Source of the DNA: Octopus vulgaris
Lineage: Eukaryota
Length of the DNA: 64,000 nt
Direction of reading: 5' to 3'
NCBI GenBank assembly: GCA_951406725.2
Contig: OX597825.1
Span: 53,754,001-53,818,000 of the forward strand
Shown: in pieces, positions 1 through 14,137 of the stretch
How the letters are laid out: every line of letters begins with the position of its first letter
Position numbering within the stretch: the stretch's first letter is position 1
Program-made: the position numbers and the translations under genes
The notes under the pieces: model-generated
The model's database searches: none
Told to the model about the DNA's origin: nothing
The model's input: only the letters and a program-made list of their open reading frames with translations

Positions 1-80
<80 letters not shown>
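1..80. repeat. (TTA)n microsatellite
   Basis: Nearly pure TTA tandem array. Confidence 0.97.
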
Positions 81-81
<1 letters not shown>

Positions 82-560
82 GAGGGGTTATGTATCACTT
101 TATCTTTGAAGCCACTAGACTTATTATTATTCTGATTAATGTTAGGGCGATTATACACATACGTATTCATACATATGTTTTGATATGAGTTTGGACTGAA
201 TTTTTTGGTATTAGCGTTATGTGTGTAATGCGAGCTGTTTTCTTTTGTTGGATATCCAACCTGTAGAGGACATGTCGTGGGGAATTTGTATTACATTTGA
301 TTTTTACTTTATGAGTTTGTCTCTTTCGATTTCGGAACTCTCTCTTCTGGTAGGACATACCGTTGAACATTTGCAAATACATTTTGTTTTTCTTTACACC
401 TTTATTTACTCTTCCTCCATATCTCATAAGTTTCTTTTATTACTTCTGTGTGTCTGGATTATAGTGATACATGATAGAAACAATCAACACTTCAATGTAG
501 TCATTATCTGTTTATCCTTCTCTTTTGATTTTGTTTTCGTGTAGAGGCTGCTACGTGTTC
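81..560 (-). mobile_element. Possible very degraded R4/Dong LINE 3' end
   Basis: Minus-strand translation RKTKCICKCSTVCPTRRESSEIERDKLIK loosely resembles the restriction-like endonuclease motif (IDV.xP...E.EK..KY); abuts a (TAA)n array like the clearer copies elsewhere. Confidence 0.3.
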
Positions 561-2754
561 GTCTGTGAATTATATAAAAAAATATGTTTGTTAATGCATA
601 GGCGAGAAACAGAAATGTGTATATATGTAGAAATGAGAATACAAATGTGATTAATTCTCGTATACACAGATTGGTTCACAGTTCTATTTTGTACGAATCT
701 CGCAGCTCCTAATGTTGTTAATACTTTCACTTACTAATATTCTGAAATCGGTTAAGTTAATGCAAATAATTCTAATAGACGCGTAGCATATTGTTAATTT
801 ATATTTACATGAATGTGTAGATTTATGTATCTTTTCAATATTAATACACCCACGTCATAGCTACGATGCTAGATACCTGGGCATGAAAAGGTCGTGCTTC
901 CCTTTTCTGTCATTAAATTATTTACTCGTGATTTAAATCCTAGGCATAAATTATTGTACATTTATCCCAATTACGTTATTCTTAAGCATTTTGTACATAA
1001 TGATACATATCTTCTCTGTTATAAAGGAGGCACATGAACAACAGGTCCAGCGAAATTCTGAGTAGTAACAGAGTAAATTCACCACTGTAATATATATATA
1101 TTTACACCCAAGTATTAGATAGAGTGCACTTTTCTATTGTTTGCCAAAATACATACATACACATATATAATACTTGAAGTTGTTTCGAAGAGAATGCAAT
1201 GATACGTTGATCAGAACATGAAAACAATCGCTCAATTATCGATATCTCCGGCCCAGACAGCTTCCATTGATGCTATTTACTGTCCAAATGTAACTAACCA
1301 ATAAGTTTATCTATTCAATATCACAATGTTGTTTTCCTGACACAGAAATAGCCTCTATCTCCAGTCATAAATCTTCTCTATTTCTAATCATTGTCGTCTA
1401 CAAAGTTCCGTCGATCAACATATAACAATGTAATGTGTTTAAACTATTTCGTAGCGCATTCAACTCATCTCTGCTGGCTTGCATATCCACACACACACAC
1501 AAATACATCCACACATATCAATAGTTACAAAACGCATGAACAGATAAAGTCACAGATATATATGTATGTATATTTGGGTGTGGCTATGTGGTTATTTATA
1601 GTTCAGTATCCATGCCTTGCCGTTGAATATAATCCATACTACAGTAGTATAGATCGACTGGATGTCTATATCTATATGTGGATAGTAATCTTCTTCTGTG
1701 TCCGACTCAGGTTATTACAAGTAGAAGTGATGCGTTTATACCGAAACAATAATACGATACACACGCATACTCACATCCACATCCACATCCACAGAGTCAT
1801 GTAGATCTATAGAGTTATTCTTACTAATCAGGCGGCAACTCTTTGGGTTGATCTTTACTCAAATATGTTCAAGCCATGACCATCATATTTACAATGTATT
1901 TAAGCTTACATGTTTTGAAGAAAATCTGATTTCAGCGTTTATCTCTGGTGGACCAAAACTTTTAATGAAGTGATTCTAACAAAAGCCATCTTTAGTTATT
2001 TTTTCTCCCTTGGTTTAGCAATCACTATATTACTTAATGCGATATGACATGTTTCGACAAAGATTAATCTACAAGTATATAGTATGTTGGCACTAATGCA
2101 GAAGGTTACGGATAGATGATAATGAGACACGGCATTCTGCTTTCGCCTGACTGTCACTTCAAAGAGATATGTATCAACAACCAACTAACTAGATCTCGTT
2201 ACTTGAGTAGTGCTTTTTATTGAACGCAAAGTTGATCTCGACAGGGCTCAAAATACAAAGATCTGATACAATTACATAAATGTTCTAAGTACTCTAGATA
2301 CATTGAACATTTATGTATTGCGGATTAATTTTTCATCCTACAGCTGATATTGAATGATATATACAAACATATATTCATTGTATCAATAATACTATCAGAC
2401 ATACATGCAGAGTTTTCGGGCTAAATGATTTCGATATCTGTCTTCTACTTTCCGGGAATACCATAATGTATAACTAAACAGTCAACGGCGCTCGAGAGAA
2501 TGAAGATTGAAGTTCTAGTTCATGATTTTTTCTCCACGGTAACTGTAGTGAATTTTTCTTTTAGCAGTTGAAATATGTCATAAACCTATTTTAAATAACA
2601 CTGCCTAAACTCTGCCGGTCTATTGGCACAAATCAGGCAATGTTGTTGACTGTATAGTATTTTAGTTAAAGCCTTAAGAAAATCTGTCCAGAGTTGCCTC
2701 TCCATGGTATTTCCCATTGATAAGGACTAAGGGCCAACAAAAATACGATGTCTG

Positions 2755-2930
2755 GGAATCTGATGCTGGTGTGTTTATGTATCCGTAACATAGCGGTTCG
2801 GCAAAAGAAACCGATAGAATAAGTACTAGGCTTACAAAGAATAAGTACTGGGGTCGATTCGCTCGACTAAAGGCAGTGCTCCACCATGGCCGCTGGCAAA
2901 TGATTGAAACAAGTAAAAGAGTAAAAGAGA
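2755..2930 (+). mobile_element. SINE family B, 3' fragment
   Basis: Matches the 3' half of the copies at 56170 and 56967 (ccgatagaataagtactaggcttacaaagaataag...gaaacaagtaaaagagtaaaagag). Confidence 0.9.
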
Positions 2931-3189
2931 GGGCTATATTCAAAAATATACCTGTACATACATATATACATATATATATATATGGAGCGAGAGAAAGAGA
3001 GAGAAATGCTTACATAGATTTTTACCGATATTTAGCAGAAGTAAACTTTATAATAATTACCAACGCACAAAACTCTCGGACCATGAATCATTCTGTTACT
3101 TCTGATTAATATTAATGAAAATATGCCTTTAGTCATATTTTGAGTCTTATTCTTCCTGTTTGCATCCACATACCTGTAATGTTTACATA

Positions 3190-4113
3190 TTATATGGCTG
3201 CATGAATGCAAGCATTTGCATATAGATGTAAGTATTTAGGATTTCTCGCTTTCGAACGTTCTCCTAGAATATTCCATACATTTTCAATAGGATTGAGATC
3301 TGGGCTTTGAGCAGGCCAATCCATAAGAATAACCTTTTCAGCCTTGAAGAAGTTCATGACCACCTTAGCCTTGTGACATGGGGCATTGTCCTGCATGAAT
3401 ATGGGTGGTCGCTTAGTTGAATTTCTCAGCACAGGAAAGACATGATCTTTTACAAGTTGTTTATAAACTCCTGCATTTACCTTTCCATGTAATCGCGCCA
3501 AAGGGCCCACACCATCTCCAGATATCATTCCCCAAACTATGACACATCCTCCACCGTATTTAACACTAGTCTTAAGGCATTTAGGCGACAATTTTTCACC
3601 TACTTTTCTACGAACGTACCTTTTCCCATCTGAGCCAAATAACATAAACTTAGATTCATCACTGAAATGCACCGTTTGCCATTTTTCTTGAGACCATAAC
3701 ACATGTTCGGTTGCAAAGGTAAGACGACACTTTTTATTCTTGGAGCTGATCAGTGGCTTCACTGCAGGTCCTCTTGCTTGTAGGTCATGCTCAACTAAAC
3801 GACGAGACACAGTTTTTCGAGATAAAGTTTTCTTCAATACAATGCTCATTTTCCGAGAAACAACAGCAGCAGTTTTAAATCTGTCCTTTTTAACCAACTT
3901 TACCATAGCACGATCTTCTCTCTTGGTCGTTTTTCTTGGACTACCTGTAAACTTTCTTGCTTCACACGAACCACAATCATCGTAGACCTTAAGAATACCG
4001 TGTAGAACACTTTTTGACTTGTTAACAATCTGTGCAATAGATCCAATACTTAAATTATCCTTCCCTCGAAGCTTAATAATCTACTGACGAATTGGTAACG
4101 GAGTAAGTGGCAT
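3190..4113 (-). pseudogene. Tc1-like DD34E transposase, one premature stop and truncated C-terminus
   Basis: FSDESKF, QDNAPCH and WPAQSPDLNPIEN motifs with exactly 34 aa between the second D and E; in-frame upstream ATG at 4113 (MPLTPLPIRQ*, TAG at 4081-4083) adds the HTH region; similarity ends after RNPK near 3235. Confidence 0.93.
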
Positions 4114-4640
4114 TATATAAACAAAGTACACTTTAAATATTCTTACTAATGTCTAGTAAACGAACCGTCACGTAAACAAATTCAAAACATTAGAGTTCGC
4201 CGGTTAAATATATTAAAACACGGAGTAAAAGCAACCGTTCTGATCATTTTGGCCGCCATGGGTTTTTCAGTAAATCACTAACTCATCTATAACTTTTGTA
4301 TTATCCTCTCAAATTACACCAAAATCTCAGGCAATAACAAATAATATCGTATTTATTGTCTGTGAAAATTATAGAATATAAAACAACTTTGATATGTATA
4401 GGTATATTTTTGAATATAGCCCTCTCTTTTACTCTTTTACTTGTTTTAATCATTTGTCAGCGGCCATGGTGGAGCACAGCCTTTAGTCGAGAGAATCGAC
4501 CCCAGTACTTATTCTTTGTAAGCCTAGTACTTATTCTATCGGTTTCTTTTGTTTCTATCGGTTTCTTTGATAAAAAATTATATCTACTTTTCTGACGAAA
4601 ACAATGCCGTTCTGAACATTTTGGCCGCCACTGCACTGTA
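3235..4640 (-). mobile_element. Tc1-family DNA transposon, 3' end and right TIR missing
   Basis: Transposase ORF plus 5' terminus reading TA-CAGTG(CAGTG)GCGGCCAAAATGTTCAGAAC on the minus strand; the same 22-bp motif recurs internally near 4237-4258. Confidence 0.9.
4422..4567 (-). mobile_element. SINE family B, 3' fragment inside the Tc1 5' region
   Basis: Reverse complement of about 2800-2930. Confidence 0.88.
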
Positions 4641-4672
4641 CATGCGTACAGACACTTACGCACCCACACACA

Positions 4673-4725
<53 letters not shown>

Positions 4726-4799
4726 CAGATAGAGAGAAAGGGAGAGAGAGGGGGAGAAAGTAAGAGAAAAAGAGGGACAGAGAGAGAGAGTATGGTGCT

Positions 4800-4932
4800 A
4801 GCGTAGTTTTGCGGGAGAAGCTTGCTTTTCTTCTGAACCATACGGTTACGGATTCAGTCCCTCTGAACCTGACCAAATCTTTATCAGGGAATTTTGTACA
4901 CAGAAACTGAAAGAAACTGGTCGAGTATATAC

Positions 4933-4964
<32 letters not shown>

Positions 4965-5243
4965 GTTTGTGTGTGTGTGCGTGTGTGTGTGTATACGTTG
5001 TATGTTCGTATGTGTGTATTTATGCATGTATGTTCCTGTATGCGTTTGTTCCCCACCACCAATTAACAAACGTTGATATTTCGTTTACCTCCCTGTGACA
5101 TACCGCTTCGGCATATGGAAAGTCTTCAATACGAACAAGACTCAGAAATTACATGAATGCGTTGATGTTTTTCGACTAACACTGCGGAGCCAGTGCCCCA
5201 GCATGGCAGCAGACCAACGACTGAAACAAATGAAAGATAAAAG
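4800..5243 (+). mobile_element. SINE family B, diverged near-full copy with internal (GT)n
   Basis: Degenerate tRNA-like head (ggattcagtccc), aaactgaaagaa, internal GT tract, 3' cagcatggc...gactgaaacaa. Confidence 0.75.
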
Positions 5244-5625
5244 GTGAAATGAATAAGATATCTATACATATCGATGGAATAAATTGTGAAGACTAAATGA
5301 GTTACCGAATACAAATGCACTGACTTACATCTGCTTATGTTTCGCCAGGTAACCTATGTTACATTATCTCTTAGAAGCCAAAATTGCTTGATTTAATGTA
5401 ACTCACTTAGAGACGCATTCACATCATCGGAGTAATATCGGTTGTCTTTACCTGGTTAACAGACAGGCAATCAGTGGAACAACATGTCGGTAATTTCAGT
5501 GATGGCGATCGTATATGCTTTTAAATATTCGTAGTGAAACACCATACTGTTTATTCATGCGCTTATGCACATACTTGTACACGTGCACGTAATATATATA
5601 TACATATATATATATATGTATATTG

Positions 5626-6200
5626 GCAGGGCTGGCCTTCTAGGTAGCCGGCCTATATATGAATTATTAAGATGGCCATCCGCAATTTACAAACGAAAAA
5701 TAACAAGTGTAGTCGTTACTAAAGTGATTGAGAGGCAACTTGTTTCCCTTGTTAGTCGTTAGGAAAGTGCTCTCACCTAGCTTAAAGATGTTTTAACTCT
5801 TCTAGCAATCTTGGTGCTGACTAGCATCCTTAGTCAATTTAGTGATAATTATACTTGTTCTCTTTCGGTTGTAAATTGTGAATAGCCACATTAATAATCT
5901 CTGATATACGCTTCACTATTTTCGGCATCAATGCTTCCTATGTTGTTCTCTATATGATTGACAAGGTAAATTATTGTTGTAGCCCTCAGCAACTGAAGAA
6001 TGGGTCACTGATGAAGATAAGTCAAATCTGAAATCAGCGTTGATATGACTACATCTCGCTTACCGTAGGGGGGTTGTCTCTCTTGCCAGTCGTTTTAAAG
6101 GTGCTCCCACGCCGCTAAAAGCTGTTTCATTCTTATTTCTAGCAATGCTAGGTGCAGACTAGCACCCTCAGTCAGTTCAGTGAAAACTACACTTACATAC
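5626..6200 (+). mobile_element. Non-coding element between TA tracts carrying a hammerhead (PLE pLTR or retrozyme-like)
   Basis: About 570-bp unique block bounded by (TA)n on both sides and containing the motif at 6004-6049. Confidence 0.5.
6004..6049 (+). ncRNA. Type I hammerhead ribozyme, intact core
   Basis: GTCA-CTGATGA-AGAT(aagtcaa)ATCT-GAA-ATCA(gcgt)TGAT-A-TGAC: all three stems pair and the core is complete; predicted cleavage after A6045. Confidence 0.8.
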
Positions 6201-6290
<90 letters not shown>

Positions 6291-6439
6291 CTTCTTTTCA
6301 CCTTACAATTCTAGAAAAGTCACATTGCGACGAAAACAGGTTAGAGTTAATATTGTAAAAAAAAATTATTTTCCATACACCTATTTTCATTAAAATTTAC
6401 CTTCAATTTAGCATTCAGCCCTTTTATAATTTTTCCTTG

Positions 6440-6473
<34 letters not shown>

Positions 6474-6477
<4 letters not shown>

Positions 6478-6628
6478 CGGGATCACCGTGACCGGCCAGG
6501 CTATCAGATGCGCTTCGCATTGTTTTAGCCTTCAAATGACGTCACCCCGCTGGCTAAGCGAGCAGGACAACAGAACAAAGAGTGAGAGAAATTTGTGGTG
6601 GAAGAGTACAGCAGGGATCGCCACCACC
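6474..6628 (-). mobile_element. Fragment of a third SINE-like repeat family
   Basis: GC-richer block next to (TA)n; resembles a cephalopod SINE 3' portion from recall only. Confidence 0.45.
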
Positions 6629-7601
6629 TGTATATGTACTGAAATACGCCATTTGGACTCAACACATACAGTCAGTTATACATACTCTCCTACAGGTACA
6701 TCACTCATACACATGTGCTACCATCCCCAATGAGTACTCCCTGATGTGCAAACATACTAACTACCCACAATCCTTACAGATACACACATACAAAAAAATA
6801 TGTATACTTAGTAGTTGCGACAATTTGTCACGGAAATACACCTTTAAGAAGTTCAGTATTAAAAAACGCTGAATAGCGAATAGTTCTGAGGGTGAATAAG
6901 AATGGTGGATATCGGTATTTCGCTGGTAATTCAGCTTATTGGCAATATATATAGAAGTCACCTTGAAATGAATGCTAATCTTTTGTCTGAATTACATATG
7001 CAGATAGCGTAAAATCTATATTGTAATGAGTAAAAGTGATGCTACAGTAGAACAAAATTAAGTTTGAATTACAAGCAACTGTAATAATGTAAACTAATGT
7101 CACATTCTTAAGGCATGTGTTTCGTATATACGCTTATTAGCTCCGGAGTTTTGTTCAGGGAAAACATATATTAAATATGTGTCATACTTAATACTTTCTG
7201 GTTTGCAGTTATTCATTGATTTTAAACACTCGACGCCTTACTGGGATTTTTCATGGATGAAATTCTGCAGCTACTCAGTGTATCAAAAAAAGAAGCATAT
7301 AACATCACTAAGCATGTGACATCACCAATGTTTACGTTATTAGATTTGTTTTGACCGAGCCGACGGAGTTCTAGAGGGAGTATGAAAAGTAAAACCCGTC
7401 GTGGGGTAGAAGAAATTACAGAGGCGAGGAAATGTGGGAACGAAGAAGCGATACGAACAGAAATATATGAATACTTAAATTTTGACATTTACAGCTATTT
7501 ATATTTAGATATGTACGCACAGACTCACACAAACACCATATGTAAGTGTATAACCATACATACATACATTAATACATACATACATGAATACATACATACA
7601 T

Positions 7602-7640
<39 letters not shown>

Positions 7641-8427
7641 ACACACACACATATGTATATATACATAGTTTAGTATGGTATAGTAAGCTGGCTCACTGTG
7701 GAGCGATTATGTCCCCTGTCAGTGTATGAAACTATGCTTCCTTGGGGTTCTAAGGGTTTTTTACTCTTATTTTTAGCAATGTAGGTGCTACCCTATACAC
7801 CTCAGTTACAACTAGTGACAACTTATTTTTTTCTTTTATTGGTTTATGTTGCGTATAGCCGCAACATTAATGCGTTCATTATATCGTAATAGTTCTTCCC
7901 TATGTGTGCTTTTTACGCACAAGTACCAATCCCCCAAACAGTCATAGTTACATTTTCTTTGCGTTTAAAGAAATTTCTAACATTTCTGCTATTAAAAAAA
8001 GAAAATTGAAATAGAGTATGGTAGATTAATATGCTTTTATTAAAAATGAAATTGCAGATCACCAAACCAATAATAACCTCTCTTATTGTTAAAATAATTA
8101 ATTGTTCAATAAAAACAAGTGAACCACAAAGAAACAATGAGCGAATAGGATTTACCACATTTCAGTATTACAATGCTATTTGGCGTTGATAGTTTTTGCG
8201 ACATCAGATTTTAACAAATCTTTTCTTTTTCTTATCATACAACTACTCTTTAACTGTTTAATTAACATAAGAGTAATAATACGAGAATATAAATGTCCTA
8301 AAAGATACGATGAAAAATCAATCCCTGAAGCAAAATATAAAATTAGCAATCAAATTTCTTGTTTAAGAAGTAAATCGGTTTGGTGGATATTTATAATAAT
8401 AAACGCTATGTTATGATTAATGAAAAT

Positions 8428-9014
8428 AATTCTTTCCACTACAGGCAGAAGGCCTAAAATTTGGGTGAAAGGGATGAGTTTATTACATCGACCCCAGTGC
8501 GTAATAGGTATTTAATTTATCGACCCCGAGGAGATGAAAGCCAAAGTCGACCCCGGATGCATTTGAACCCAGAACGTAAAGACAGACGAAATGCCGCCAT
8601 GATTAATAAAAATATTCTTTTTCTTCTGCTTTAAACATAAGGACTGACATCTTTGGGGAAGGGGCCAGTCGATTAGATCAACCCCATTACGCAACTGGTA
8701 CTTAGTTTATCGACCCCTAAAGGATGAAAGCAAAGTCGACGTCGGCGGAATTTGAACTCAGAACTTAAAGAAGAAGAAATACCTATTTCTTTACTACTCA
8801 CAAGGGGCTAAACACAGAGGGGAAGAGCAAGGACAAACAAACGGATTAAGTCGATTATATCGACTCCAGTGCGTAACTGGTACTTATTTAGTCGACCCCG
8901 AAAAGATGAAAGGCAAAGTTGACCTCGGCAGAATTTGAACTCAGAACGTAACGGCAGACGAAATATGGCTACGCATTTCGCCCGGTGTGCTAACGCTTCT
9001 GCCAGCTCGCTGCC
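8428..9014 (-). mobile_element. SINE family A cluster: one full copy (8778-9014) and two head-truncated copies
   Basis: tRNA-like head (ggcagcgagctggcagaagcgttagc...gagttcaaattc), core gtcgactttgcctttcatcctttcggggtcgataaa repeated three times. Confidence 0.92.
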
Positions 9015-9375
9015 TTGCATGATTTCAGTATTCTTCGTGCTGGATATCCAATGAATTTGAAATAAAATGGCAAATATAAATAATTTCATGAGTTTATGAT
9101 AGTTTAGGAAGATGCACAGTGAAAGAACTCGAAGCAGCTTTGAAGACAATGACAGATACCGCTGTCCATTCTTTCTCTGACCACAAAGTTAGAGCCAAAT
9201 TATGTTGGTGTGTTGTCTAACAATCTATATCTCGGTAGAGTGTAGCAATGAAAAAAAACACCTTTGACAACCAATAAATTAATATAAGAACACGTCACTT
9301 CCTGCGTGCGAATTCACATACGCACATCCATATACAAACACTCGCGCACACACACATACACATATATAAACACAC

Positions 9376-9485
<110 letters not shown>

Positions 9486-10556
9486 GTATGCATATATATA
9501 TGTATGTATATACATACACACATGAATTTCAAGATTTGAGTGCATTGGACAAAACGTTTGGATTCCACATCACCAACAAACAAATTGCAATAGTTAAGAT
9601 GAATCCTAACTCTCAGACCGACACCTACTGGGTTTCAAGAGTCGCTACTTAGTCCTAGGGCAGTGTCCAATAAGATGGTTCTCGGATAGTGTTTCGAAAA
9701 ATCCTATGACCTATTAGAGTGAATTGATTGTTCATAAACGAAAGCACAAAAGTTAGCCCGTTATTAGAAATCTTAAATTTCAATGCAAGATTGTTGCATG
9801 TTCTTACGAATGGTATCAGGTAATGAACTCAAGGACTTTAGAGAAAGGAAAGCGTTTGGCTTCAGAAAGAGTTAATTTGGAAGGCGTATACATATATATA
9901 CACATACTTAAGTGTATGTGAGTGTGTGCTTGTGTGTATGTGTGTGTATGTATGTACGTATATTCGTATGTATGAACCGACAAAATAATTAAACAAAGAA
10001 GAGGTTGCATTATTAATTTGTAATATCCGAAGTTTCAAACGCGAGGTGATTGTAAAATTCTTGTCCGGTTTTCAATTTAGAACTCTCAAGTCTTCGCTAA
10101 TAATTTTGTATGATTCTGAATTCATAGACATTTAGATACCGGATGTGTCTGTTTTCATCGTCACCAGTTAACTAAGATATAGTTATGTGTTTTTAATAAT
10201 TTCAAAGACAAAAATATTTTATGTTAAGGGGATAAGTGAATGAAATGCATTCTAACTAAACCTCTTTCGCACGCATTCCCTTCAAGGCTAAGTTGAAATA
10301 TTATTCATAGATAACATATTTGATAACTTAACGAAAACATATTTGTAGAACGTCAGAATCGCCCCACAGTTTGTGTATTGAGTAACCCTATGGTGGTTTC
10401 GAATTCATAATATTGGAACTACTATGTAAGAATGTAACATGCATTTCTATAAATATTCCCCTCATATGAAATTTACCATATGTAGTACTGAAAAACAATT
10501 TTAAATGTTCAACATTTTTGTAACAAACATGTATAAAAAAAAACCTCAACACGCGC

Positions 10557-11092
10557 TCGCGGAAAAAACAAGCTGTAATCTCTATGACTCAACGGCTCTT
10601 TCATAGTTTTATGAATATAGTCTATTCCAACTAGCCACAGAAACATCCATTTTTGCCTTATCAGGAACAAATTTATCAAGACATATATCTGTTAAATGGC
10701 GCAGTTTGTCTTACTGCAAGGACTTTCACTATGATGCGTTCTCAAGCAGTGATATATCTGAAAATTTGACAAGTGTTATATTTGCCTGCTCTGAAATGCA
10801 GCATGCAACAGTTAGATAGCAGTTAGCATAAAGTAAGTTTGTAGTAAATGTGGAGTAAGAATGTAAGTATATTTGCATTAAAGCTGCAGTTATCTGCAAG
10901 AAGCGTGCAGTAAGTATGCAATAAATTGCAGTATGGTAGTAGCAAGATTGCAGTAAGCTTGCATTTAGCGTGTAGTAAAATTACAGTTTTGCAAGGCTGC
11001 CATGAAGCATGCTACTTCTATGTGAGTGAATAAAATATAAAGAGGCGGAACTAGCATCTACTGCATCTACTAAGTGTTTGAAGCTGTTCCGC
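10557..11092. repeat. Unclassified MITE-like element with degenerate ~11-bp TGCAGTAAG periodicity
   Basis: gcggaaaa at the left end and tgttccgc at the right end; many tgcag/tgcat/gtag-taa motifs at 10790-11015. Confidence 0.35.
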
Positions 11093-11136
11093 ACACAGAC
11101 GCCAGGGCGTGTGCACGCATGCGCAAATACGTTTCG

Positions 11137-11186
<50 letters not shown>

Positions 11187-11244
11187 GGCATGTGTGTATG
11201 TTACCATGGTCGTGTGGGAGCATGCGTGCCTGTTAGTGTATGTG

Positions 11245-11301
<57 letters not shown>

Positions 11302-11746
11302 GAGTGTATGTGCGTGCGTGCGTATGTGTATATACATATATACAATATATACATTCCGTGAATTTTCCTTGCTGCAGTTTTCGCTACAACATATAAAGTG
11401 AGGGACAAAGACTTCCAGCGAAGCTTTTTATGATCTCTCTCTCTCCTTTCTCTCACTGTATTTGTATGTGTTTGTGTGTATGTGTTCTTGTGTGCATCTG
11501 TGTACGCCATATATACCCGTGGGTAATTATGGAATGAAAATAATACGAAAACTAAAAGAGGCAGTACATTTGCCAGGATATAATAACCTCCTAAGCAGAC
11601 CTAGCGCGGATATGAGTAGCATATAGTAACCGGTATTGAGGAAGAATAGGAAAATATTAGAGTTAAAATCCCTAAAATTCATTCCATAATTGCCCATGGG
11701 CATCTGGCGTAGTAGTAAAGAGCGCGAGCTACTAACCGGGAATTTA

Positions 11747-11910
<164 letters not shown>

Positions 11911-11960
11911 TACATCGGAAAATACCTTAGGAATTAGAACCCAGGTTCGAAATTCCCCTG

Positions 11961-12006
11961 GACACCTGATGAAGGCTGGAGAGTACATCAGCCGAAAAGT
12001 TATGTT
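11961..12006 (+). ncRNA. Minimal type I hammerhead, degenerate
   Basis: GACAC-CTGATGA-A-GGCTG(10 nt)CAGCC-GAA-AAGT-T-ATGTT; core and stem II intact, mismatch in the first pair of stem I. Confidence 0.6.
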
Positions 12007-12394
12007 AACAATAAACAAGATGACGACAAATATCCGTCAAATGTAAATAATGTACATAATTCCTCATCTCTCAACTATAGAACTATTTCTTGTTGTGATA
12101 TTGTGAGTCCTTCAGGTTTCCTTCACTTCTTTTCGTTACTTCTTTTTTTACTCATTCGACACTTATTTTTTATCTAATTTTTTCTTTCATAGGCATTACA
12201 TGATCATATTAGCTCAGTCATCTCTCATAAACACAACATTCCTTTCATTCTATGCGCAATTTCGTCTCTACTATTTCCTAACCTATCATCCATTAATTTC
12301 TACTTTACATGCAGTAAGGATTGCTTAGTGTTTCCAGGCTTCGATAGTTTTCGTATGTCATTGCCCATGATTTGGTACTTGAAACTATGTAAGA

Positions 12395-12600
12395 AAGCAT
12401 TATGCTCTTAGGCCTTTACTCGCAAATATAATCCCTTTGTTTCCTGTAGAGGTGGTAGGTCCCTGAACTTTTTCTCCGAGCAGTTTTACATTAGCTTCTA
12501 TACTTTCGGAATCCTCCCCTCCACTACTAATTAGATCACTTAGATAACGGAAACAGCCAATTAGTTCTAGTGATCCTTCAGGGCATTGGAAAAAATTCAG
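12395..12600 (-). mobile_element. RTE-like LINE reverse transcriptase fragment
   Basis: LELIGCFRYLSDLISSGGEDSESIEA matches the post-YADD F.YLG motif region. Confidence 0.7.
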
Positions 12601-12625
12601 AAATTCTTTACAAAGTGTATACATA

Positions 12626-12707
<82 letters not shown>

Positions 12708-13944
12708 ATACATGTATATTTGTATGCATGATGTATGTGTATATGTACATATGTGTGGGGGGGTGTATACATGCATAAATATGCGTAGGCTTTCTTTTGT
12801 GGGTGTGAACTAGTAATGAAGATGTGGGAGTATATATATATATAAACATATATTTTCATAAACAGCATGGATGTACATAGTTACAGTGGATATAAATACA
12901 ACAGAAGAAATATTTTTAGAAATAAAATAAAACATGAGTAAATGCCAGGGAACACTAAACAAAAATAAAGTATTAGAGAAACAAGAAATAAGAAACAACA
13001 TGATCACAAAGCGGTTTGGTCAAATCAATACAACAAACAGAAAGGAATTTATTGATATCACAACACACATAATGCCAGACTAAGACCGTTTAAGAATGCC
13101 TTCCTTTCTACAATGTTATTTATAAATTCGAAATTTCGGTGTAGGCTAGACGTGGCTTGCTGCAGGAAGATCTGCTAACTAACGATCCAGTAGTTATATG
13201 TTGCTGTATAAGACATATATATGTATGTATACATATGTGTGTGTGTGTGATTGTGTGTGCATGTGTGTGTACATATGTGTGTGAGTGTGTGTGTGTATCA
13301 TACGTATGTATGTATTATAAGAAAAAATCTGAGGTTAAAAGTCAAACAACGTTTCTAAGTGAGATCAATAATCCAATATGGATCAGAAACATGTACGTCC
13401 TTATGTACGCAGCTATGTGTTTGTCCATGAATTTGATTGTATCTGTGGCTGAGTATATCTCTGTGTATGCATGAAAGGCAACACTACATATTCTGTTTAG
13501 AAAAGAGAAGGCGTGTAAGCAAATTTGATTTCGCCTCTGATTTAATTTTCTTCAAAGCCAATAGAAGAAATATATTATCAACAACAAATAGTAAACAAAA
13601 AGAAAACAAAGAAATAAATAATTAAACAATAGAGAGGAATAATGTAAGCAACAGAAAATAGAAAATCAAAATGGCGGCGATCACTTTCATTGAAGGTCGT
13701 AAGTTTCAACGTTTTGAACAGCGATCAATGGCGAATGAGTCAGTTCGAACTAAATTGGTAGTTAAGCTATTTGAGTTGCATTTGTTTTAAAGTTATAAAT
13801 ATAAATATAAATACACATTCATGCAAACACAACACACACCCACAAACATCTACCATAATTATATGTATTCATGTACACGCATTATAAATATATGTATTCA
13901 TACACAAGCATATTATATATGCATCTATATATATACAAATTATG

Positions 13945-13984
<40 letters not shown>

Positions 13985-14137
13985 TTCATATATAAACATG
14001 CGTCTATATCAATCTATCAATCTACCTATCTCTCTATTTGTCTACCTATCTATCTATGTAATATCCGTCTATCTATCTATCACTCTCTCTCTCTCTCTCT
14101 CTCTGTATTTATAAGCGTGTGCGCGCGCGCCTGTGTG

